Assembly: GCA_045615245.1 (NCBI GenBank)
Contig: JAZLEM010000023.1
Span: 1-59,201, forward strand
Direction of reading: 5' to 3'
From: Acetobacter sp.
GTDB taxonomy: Bacteria; Pseudomonadota; Alphaproteobacteria; Acetobacterales; Acetobacteraceae
DNA length: 59,201 nucleotides
Shown here: piece by piece, positions 53,849 to 59,201 of the stretch
How the letters are laid out: each line of letters opens with the position of its first letter
How positions within the stretch are numbered: the first letter of the stretch is position 1
The notes under the pieces: model-generated
What the model was told of the DNA's origin: nothing
Databases searched by the model: none
The model's input: the letters and a program-made list of their open reading frames with translations, nothing else
Translations under genes and position numbers: made by a program

Positions 53849-54094
53849 AGAGTCTATTCTATAAGTTTTATCCTATAAGTTAAGCGTTATTTGACTATGA
53901 GAATGTTTGTGTCTCTGATCAGATATTGGGTAACTTAAAATAGATTTTACGAAATCATCAAAAAACGCTTTACAAAATGATACGTACATAACAAAATTCG
54001 TATGCTTGATCTTTAACCAATAGGTATTTTCAATGCTTGAAAGGCTCGTTGAAAGGTTTTCAGAAAAATAGAGAACTAGAGCAGACAAGAAAGA

Positions 54095-54162
54095 AATCAT
54101 TCAATGAGAAGAAATCTCTTTTTGTCCCCCCCTTAAAATTTTTGTTAAGTATTAGCCTCGCC
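54095..54162 (+). pseudogene. Degenerate copy of the 5' end of the 55060 lipoprotein gene, containing a C7 tract
   Basis: 54095-54107 matches 55051-55063 at 12/13 (includes the ATG); 54136-54162 matches 55078-55104 at 24/27. Confidence 0.6.
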
Positions 54163-54207
54163 TTATGGAAGATTGTCTCGTATACCGACAATCAAAACCT
54201 ATGTCGT

Positions 54208-55002
54208 GTGCTAGAAAATGTAAGAAAATTTCTTTGTTTATGGGTCGTTGTTTGCGGCTTATTTGTTGCTGACTCGCCTAAAAGCTACGCAGCGGGTATT
54301 CCTGTGGTTGACGTTGACGAGATTGCAGCGACGAAGGAGACAGCATTTGAAATAATCTTAAGAGAAGTCATGCAATATATAAGGCAAGGTTTGCAATATG
54401 AAACGCAATTAAAAAACCTTCTGCCTCTTGGTGCGTTTATTTGGACTGAAGCCAATGCCATTTACCAGCAAGTGCAAGACCTGGACAACGCTCAGTCTTA
54501 CTATCAAATCGTCTACGGAGGGATAGAAGACTATTTGAAAGACAGTCAAGATATCTACAAATTCTACAACGACCAGTGTTCTTCACTTTATCCCGCATTT
54601 ACGCATCTTTTGAATGATCTTGATGGTAATTTGGGTATATGTATCAAAAACACTTTTCAAAAACAACAAAACGCTTCTACCGTACAAACAAAACTCAATA
54701 CCAGCGAAACACAACTCATTGTCCAACAACAACAAGATTTACCAAGTGAATCCGCTAAAATAACAACGATACAAAATCAACCAGAAACTGGTGCCCTGCA
54801 AGCTATGCAAGTTGAAACCCAGCTTCTTGATAAAATCATCGATGAACTGCGCAAACTCCGCACAGTGACACTTGCTCAAAATGCAGCAGAAGCACATCAA
54901 AGAGAACAAGAAACCCAAGACAGAGCGAGAGCTGCCGTCTACTTCCATCAAGTCTACGAAACAAAAGGATATACCCTTATGAAAAGCCGTGAATGGCGAT
55001 AA
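54208..55002 (+). CDS. trbJ: P-type conjugative transfer protein TrbJ / VirB5-like (start uncertain; frame open from 54037)
   Basis: Signal peptide SYA|AGIPVVD; LQYETQLKN...AFIW; YY...GGIEDYL...QD; GALQAMQ...QL...LR...LAQN resemble IncP-type TrbJ. Confidence 0.72.
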   Translation: MLENVRKFLCLWVVVCGLFVADSPKSYAAGIPVVDVDEIAATKETAFEIILREVMQYIRQGLQYETQLKNLLPLGAFIWTEANAIYQQVQDLDNAQSYYQIVYGGIEDYLKDSQDIYKFYNDQCSSLYPAFTHLLNDLDGNLGICIKNTFQKQQNASTVQTKLNTSETQLIVQQQQDLPSESAKITTIQNQPETGALQAMQVETQLLDKIIDELRKLRTVTLAQNAAEAHQREQETQDRARAAVYFHQVYETKGYTLMKSREWR

Positions 55003-55059
55003 TTTCAAAGGGTTTTCCTTTCTTCACATCCTAAAACTCTTCATACAGAGAATCATTCC

Positions 55060-56016
55060 ATGAAAAAACACTCCTCCAAATTTTTATTAGGTTTTAGCCT
55101 CGCCATTTCTCTCTCGGGCTGTGTCGATTATGGAAACTATCCAATACCCAACGCTCAAGCCTGTTTTATTAACTCAACAACTGTCAACGCCAAACAACAA
55201 GGGCTTCGGAATTTAGCATTTCAAAAGGCAAAACAAGGGATACCCGTAAAAACTCTTGTCGCCGATTATCTCATTCCTGCGACAAATAAACTTCTTATAG
55301 ACGGAAATGCCCAGCCTCTTAATGCGCTTTACGCCAAAATCCAGCCACAAACACTTGCTAACTTTATGATCGGCTGTAACCAAGTCATGGTACAAGAAAG
55401 AAATTTAATGATACAACAAAGAAATCAAATGATTAAAGAAATATCGACGTCACAACACTACCTCAATACCATACCCGCCCCTCAGCCAACACTATTCCTA
55501 ACAAAACCACAGGCGACAGGAACATGCTCTATACAGTACTTTAACAAGCACCCTGAAATAAAGAAAGCAGGGGAGTCCGTTATGAATATATATATGTCGA
55601 AACCTATACTTTTAGCTTTCAACATGCAAACACTTCTACAAAGGTTTATCCACCTAACATTGACCAGTGTAGAAAATAACAAAATAACAACAGACGAAAC
55701 AATACAAGGTCTACAAAAAATACACCAACAGTTGCAAGAAGTAAAACAAGAAATAAATATAGCTAAAAATGTCACACCGCAAGAGATGCTTAAGTCTGCG
55801 GAAAATAAAGCTGCCTCGGCACCACTATGGGCAAGTCCTGCTCTTTCAGGAATCATCAATTACCAAAAAGCTATTATCGCCACACTAAATGGGAATTACA
55901 TGCCGCTTATCACGATTTATTCACACGTCCAGCCACCAGCATGGCGCAATTATTTCGTAGGCTGTTACCAAATGGCACAAAAAGATCATGCCACAGCCAA
56001 AGTCGACACAAAGTAA
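55060..56016 (+). CDS. Uncharacterised lipoprotein with an internal duplication, in the trbK position
   Basis: Lipobox LSG|C21; motif GNxxPLxxxYxxxQPxxxxNxxxGCxQ occurs twice. Confidence 0.8.
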   Translation: MKKHSSKFLLGFSLAISLSGCVDYGNYPIPNAQACFINSTTVNAKQQGLRNLAFQKAKQGIPVKTLVADYLIPATNKLLIDGNAQPLNALYAKIQPQTLANFMIGCNQVMVQERNLMIQQRNQMIKEISTSQHYLNTIPAPQPTLFLTKPQATGTCSIQYFNKHPEIKKAGESVMNIYMSKPILLAFNMQTLLQRFIHLTLTSVENNKITTDETIQGLQKIHQQLQEVKQEINIAKNVTPQEMLKSAENKAASAPLWASPALSGIINYQKAIIATLNGNYMPLITIYSHVQPPAWRNYFVGCYQMAQKDHATAKVDTK

Positions 56017-56056
56017 CTTAAGCCAAAACTGTAAGTAAGATAGACATTGGACACGC

Positions 56057-56221
56057 ATGAGAAGCTCTTTTACAACAAAACCTCTTTTGTTGTTTCTGGG
56101 GGTTGTCGTGGTTATGTGCTTTTCATGCCTGCCGGTAGAAAGTTATGCCGATCCACTGACAGATGCTACCGCTGTTAATTTTGATATCCTCAACACAACG
56201 ATGGAACATTTCGAAAAATAA
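56057..56221 (+). pseudogene. Probable truncated TrbL (VirB6) N-terminus, 54 aa
   Basis: MRSSFTTKPLLLFLGVVVVMCFSCLPVESYA|DPLTDATAVNFDILNTTMEHFEK*; signal peptide plus a DILN...F pattern like the TrbL start; follows trbJ and the lipoprotein. Confidence 0.45.
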
Positions 56222-56296
56222 AGACGCTTTTTTTAGGTATAACATTATATAGCTTTTATTGGTTTTATTCATAAGTTAAAGAATTATGAATAACCT

Positions 56297-56560
56297 TTAC
56301 CATGGACGTTGTCCAGTTGTACGCACATAACGCCATCCTAAATAGACAGCTATCACGATCACCACTATGAGAATAGGGAGGGATAGATGGTGAGCAATGC
56401 GAAAAATTGTAGCGTAAATAAGCCCGTTCATGACAGAATGCGCAATACTGCCAAAAAGACTATGAGCTGCATGGCTATAGCCTATAGCATGATGAGCAAA
56501 AACATGATGGTGTCCCATAGAGTGATAATGAGGAATAGGATGATTGCCAAAAAAACTCAT
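56297..56560 (-). CDS. Small His-rich membrane protein (87 aa)
   Basis: 13 His (11 in the first 41 aa), C-terminal TM helix, AAGGG upstream of the start. Confidence 0.7.
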   Translation of the reverse strand: MSFFGNHPIPHYHSMGHHHVFAHHAIGYSHAAHSLFGSIAHSVMNGLIYATIFRIAHHLSLPILIVVIVIAVYLGWRYVRTTGQRPW

Positions 56561-57011
56561 AAAACAACCCTTTATTTGGTGTAATATTTTGTTAAAGGCG
56601 GTAAGTTAAGAGAAGATTTCCTAACAGATTATTTTAAATCGTGGTAACTATGGATTAGGAGTATTTGCTAGAAAACATAACGGCTTGTCAGATTATTGAA
56701 AACAGTTGATAAGTGATATTACACTAAATATAAACAAAAGCGTAGATTTGGTAAAGATATCCTTAACAACCACAAACATAATTGTATTACTTTTTATCAC
56801 AGAATTGTTGGCTTGTTATTTGCTTATGGGTAGTTTTTTTATAGATGTAAAAAATATGAGAGCTTGTTATCGTCATAGATGGGGAGAAAGAGGGGAAAAA
56901 GAAAAATTTCGTGACATTGCTAAAATTTTAGAGTACAAAAAATATATGGTAAACTTAATAAAGCCAGTTGGTTCGGTTCCTTAGGAAATTAAATTAGGGA
57001 GTAAAAATTAA

Positions 57012-57101
57012 ATGAAGTGTGCTTTTATTAAAACTTTGGCCGTAATAGGTATTATTGCTGTGGTAGTTTATTTCTTTCGTAGAAAGAAAGAAGCCCTTTA
57101 G
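57012..57101 (+). CDS. 29-aa single-TM peptide MKCAFIKTLAVIGIIAVVVYFFRRKKEAL
   Basis: AGGGAG RBS at 56996-57001, hydrophobic core, basic tail, downstream hairpin; below the ORF-track size cutoff. Confidence 0.6.
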   Translation: MKCAFIKTLAVIGIIAVVVYFFRRKKEAL

Positions 57102-57130
57102 TGCTACCTGATGCTACTTGCTTTTTCCTG

Positions 57131-57163
57131 TATGACCCGTTTGTTTAAAATAAGCGGGTCATA
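57131..57163. terminator. Hairpin downstream of the 29-aa ORF
   Basis: TATGACCCGTTTGTTT / AAATAAGCGGGTCATA stem; weak U tract. Confidence 0.55.
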
Positions 57164-57376
57164 TTGATCTTGCTGTGTTTGTGCTGTTACTCTATTGACA
57201 CGTCGTTTTTCTTCTATTTGAGTATTTGAGTTTTCTACAGTTTGTCGGAGTTTTATGATTTTTCTACGTATCATGCTTTCGTATTAGAATATTAAGACGC
57301 CTTTTAAGATGGTTCCGTTAGTTGGTTTTGTTAATGTGTTGGTTGATGTTGAAAGATACAAAAAGGATACAACGTA

Positions 57377-58051
57377 GTGGGAAAAGTAGTGCATATTCAA
57401 AATGTCTTTGCTAAAAGTTTTTGGAAGAGAAGAGAGCGTTTTTCTTTGCGGATTTTTGCTTCAGTGGCTCTTTATGCATTCTTTATTGCAGGTGGGGTTT
57501 TTTCTGGTTCCTCGTCGGCTCGAGCGCAGGCTTCTGTTTTGTTGAAACATCAGAGCACAACAGCAGTTGTTGAGACCATTGACAGGCGAGCACGTGAAAT
57601 ACTTCTTCGTGAAAAGAGTGGTCATCTCATTACGGTTGAGTATGGAGATGCTGTTCGTGATCTTCCTCGTTTGCATGAAGGAGACACTCTCCTTATTAGT
57701 TTTGTTGAAACATTGGGGGCAGAGATAGTGCCTCCTGGAAGCCCTATGCCTGAATCAACAATTGCAACAGCACGTGGATTTGTGCAAGGCCATCCTCATG
57801 GCGTCATTGCGGCGTTTAATCGTGAACGGGCTTTTGTACGGGGGGTTAACCTTAAGACACATACGTTAACCTTTGTGTCTGATGATAAAGATGACCGGGA
57901 TCTTCATGTTGTTGTGCTTAGAACACGGGCTATGCGGAATTTCCTTGCTACATTAAAAGTGGGGGATGTTGTTGATATGACGCGAGTGGAGTCTCTCTCT
58001 TATGTTATTACAAATACACCTGTTGCTCATCTTGTTCCGGCGCAGGATTAG
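57377..58051 (+). CDS. Hypothetical exported protein with two OB-fold-like beta repeats
   Basis: Signal ARA|Q; VVETID...LHEGD and VRGVN...LKVGD repeats. Confidence 0.7.
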   Translation: MGKVVHIQNVFAKSFWKRRERFSLRIFASVALYAFFIAGGVFSGSSSARAQASVLLKHQSTTAVVETIDRRAREILLREKSGHLITVEYGDAVRDLPRLHEGDTLLISFVETLGAEIVPPGSPMPESTIATARGFVQGHPHGVIAAFNRERAFVRGVNLKTHTLTFVSDDKDDRDLHVVVLRTRAMRNFLATLKVGDVVDMTRVESLSYVITNTPVAHLVPAQD

Positions 58052-58518
58052 CAGTACAGGCTAGAAACAGTGTGCAATACTCTGTTATGATTGCATATTA
58101 AAACGTTAGTTGCCTTATGTTGGATTGATTGATGGGCTGTGGTTAGTCTACGTAAACTATACTTATTGGATAGAGGAATGGACGAGGTTTATTGATGCTA
58201 AACAAATAACAAAACATCCTTTCTTATATCAATGAAGCTATTGAGTTTGTGACAACAAACGTGGGACATATAAAGTTTTATCTTATGTCCGTTGAAAACA
58301 CGGCGTATCGACCTTTATCGCTTATGGTGAACTTTCCCTCAAATGTTAAGATAACGATCAGTCAGATTAACAACTCTTTTGTTGTCTGTTACTGTGAATT
58401 ATAGGAAATGTTTATGAAAAATCTCTGAAGTATCTTGTTAGGAGAAAAGGCAATCAACAGAATAGTAGGAGACTCAATATTCAGTCCTCTTTATTTTTCT
58501 TGGGGGACATCGTTTGCT

Positions 58519-59201
58519 GTGAATATATTCTTGTATCTAGTTTTTTTTGGGATAGGTCTAGGAGTTGCCTTTTTGGGGGTGGGTAGAAAACAACAAAGTA
58601 CCGAACGTGAAGGACTTGCTCACCTTTTGGCGGTTATAGATCGTGAATTTTCTGTCCTGCACGCTGAAATGTTAGGGCAGCGCTCTGGTATAGCAGAAAT
58701 GGAGCGTGCATTGGGAGGACGTGTTGAGGGGACGTATACAGCTATAGCCGAACGACTCATCACACTTTCTAGTGTAATAGGGCGTGAACAAGCTGAAGCA
58801 CGGGCGGCACAAGCTGAATCAATGCGTGTATTAACTGAGGCTACTACGCGCCAATTAGCAGAGATTCGACAATCTGTTACAGAACAACTTCATCAGGCTG
58901 TGGAACAGCAAATGCAAACGTCGTTTCAACGTATTTTAGAACAATTTTCTTCTATGCAAAAAGCTATGGGGGAAGTTCAGGCGATGACGGCTCAAATTAG
59001 TGACCTAAAAAAAATTTTTAGCAATGTCAAGACACGGGGTGGGTGGGGAGAGGCGCAATTGCGTGCTATTTTAGAGGATATTCTCCCGCCTGAAGCTTAT
59101 GAGAGTAATGTTCGGCTCGGAAAAGGAAACGAAGTGGTTGAATTTGCCGTCCATATGCCTGTACGTGGGGCGATCCAGCCATTATTGCCAAGTCGGAGGC
59201 C
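58519..59201 (+). CDS. rmuC: DNA recombination protein RmuC (3'-truncated; start uncertain)
   Basis: N-terminal TM, coiled coil, GEVQAM...LKKIFSNVKTRGGWGEAQL, VEFAVHMP; absent from the ORF track because it has no stop in the window. Confidence 0.88.
   Translation, partial: MNIFLYLVFFGIGLGVAFLGVGRKQQSTEREGLAHLLAVIDREFSVLHAEMLGQRSGIAEMERALGGRVEGTYTAIAERLITLSSVIGREQAEARAAQAESMRVLTEATTRQLAEIRQSVTEQLHQAVEQQMQTSFQRILEQFSSMQKAMGEVQAMTAQISDLKKIFSNVKTRGGWGEAQLRAILEDILPPEAYESNVRLGKGNEVVEFAVHMPVRGAIQPLLPSRR

Noticed and set aside
56706-56984. 92-aa ORF
   Set aside because: TTG start without an RBS in AT-rich DNA and no protein-like motif; probably the regulatory region between divergent small genes.

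Overview
A 59 kb, AT-rich (roughly 40% GC by eye) alphaproteobacterial chromosome segment. Gene content, gene order and the tmRNA tag point to Acetobacteraceae. Most of it is origin-proximal housekeeping DNA: mnmE-mnmG-rsmG-parA-parB with two parS sites, rplM-rpsI, dapF-mtaB-ftsY, the F0 ATP synthase genes, purF/cvpA, nth/hemH/mutY, leuS-lptE-holA, alr, a class I fumarase, sspB, a two-piece tmRNA, thyX, mrp, a partial rmuC, tRNA-Lys and tRNA-Thr. Two accessory segments have the opposite strand composition (A/C-rich on +). (1) At the left edge, a Type ISP (LlaGI/LlaBIII-like) helicase-methyltransferase RM gene is split by a frameshift that must lie in a 40-bp interval containing a G8 tract; G9 would restore the frame, making this a candidate phase-variable RM enzyme. 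(2) At about 54.1-57.2 kb there is an orphan conjugation-derived islet with no T4SS core, relaxase or integrase. It holds an intact TrbJ/VirB5-like gene, a 318-aa internally duplicated lipoprotein in the TrbK (entry exclusion) position, a probable TrbL stub, a degenerate second copy of the lipoprotein 5' end with a C7 tract, and nearby His-rich and 29-aa membrane peptides. Other candidates are an (AT)7 microsatellite in a promoter spacer ahead of a small Gly/Ala-rich membrane protein, and a secreted Asn/Gln-rich repeat protein. All family calls come from motif recognition, not database searches.
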